Source of the DNA: Lama glama
Taxonomy: Eukaryota
Length of the DNA: 64,000 nucleotides
Direction of reading: 5' to 3'
Assembly: GCA_028534125.1 (NCBI GenBank)
Contig: CM052817.1
Coordinates: 65,226,001-65,290,000 of the forward strand
The notes under the pieces are model-generated. The model saw only the letters and a list, made by a program, of their open reading frames with translations. It was not told where the DNA came from and ran no database searches. This document shows positions 63,466 to 64,000 of this stretch, in pieces. A program made the translations under genes and the position numbers. Within the stretch, counting starts at the first letter, position 1. The number at the start of each line of letters is the position of its first letter.

Positions 63466-64000
63466 TACCAGTGTATGTTATTGACATGTAGAAATTACAT
63501 AGAGATGGCAGGTCGTGGCCATATTGCCAATATAGTTCTACAGTTATTTTTACAGATGAAACATTCAGTAACTAAAACAGACAGCATTGGTGTCTAAAAC
63601 ATAGGAGATATTGTCAAACAGCTATCTTCCCTAAAACATAAACTCGACCAACTTTGGTGTCAGATCTTGGCATGTACTCTTTTTGCTCTTTAAGGCAGGA
63701 TCTGATTTTTAACTTTTCCATATTTCTTTCCATGCCCACATTTTTTTTTCTTCTGATTTTGACTATTCCTTTTAGGTATTTCAATTATTAGTGAAGAAAT
63801 ATCTCAAATAGGAACTTACTTTAGTGAACTACTTAGCTTTATTAGCTTGAAGATGATTCAACTGCTTACAGCCAATGCCTGCCTGTTCCACCTGCTTCTT
63901 TCCTCCTTTCTTGCCTGATACAGTTGGCCATTGAGGTTCTAAGTGTAGGAACCCTGAAAGATTGCCACATATTCCCTTATAAGAAAAGGCTTACTCAGCA

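Noticed and set aside
1..64000. Prokaryotic-type systems (CRISPR arrays, operons, rRNA)
   Set aside because: The sequence is mammalian; no repeat-spacer arrays or rRNA-like sequence were seen.

Overview
Eutherian genomic DNA, very likely a camelid (four tRNA-Ala-derived Vic-1-type SINEs and camelid-type L1 3' ends), with two 500-N assembly gaps. Much of the window is ordinary interspersed repeat (L1, L2, L3, MIR, MaLR/ERV LTRs, hAT and Tigger elements). The supplied ORF track mostly misses the gene content, which I reconstructed by hand from splice signals. (1) An apparently intact 5-exon + strand gene (CDS 9611-9877, 22848-22989, 23148-23193, 26602-26688, 27919-28051; AATAAA at 28453) encodes a 224-aa single-pass membrane protein with Sel1-like repeats. 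I cannot match it to a named mammalian gene. (2) A decayed, roughly 23-exon gene lies on the - strand (about 53.8 kb to 21.2 kb). Its intron phases chain consistently, but it carries many stops and a few frameshifts. It includes a death-domain-like segment, and its last exons interleave with the exons of the live gene. Smaller finds are an L1 3' transduction with TSD and a tailless U2 snRNA retrocopy. Repeat family names come from recalled consensus sequences and their boundaries are approximate. No database searches were run.
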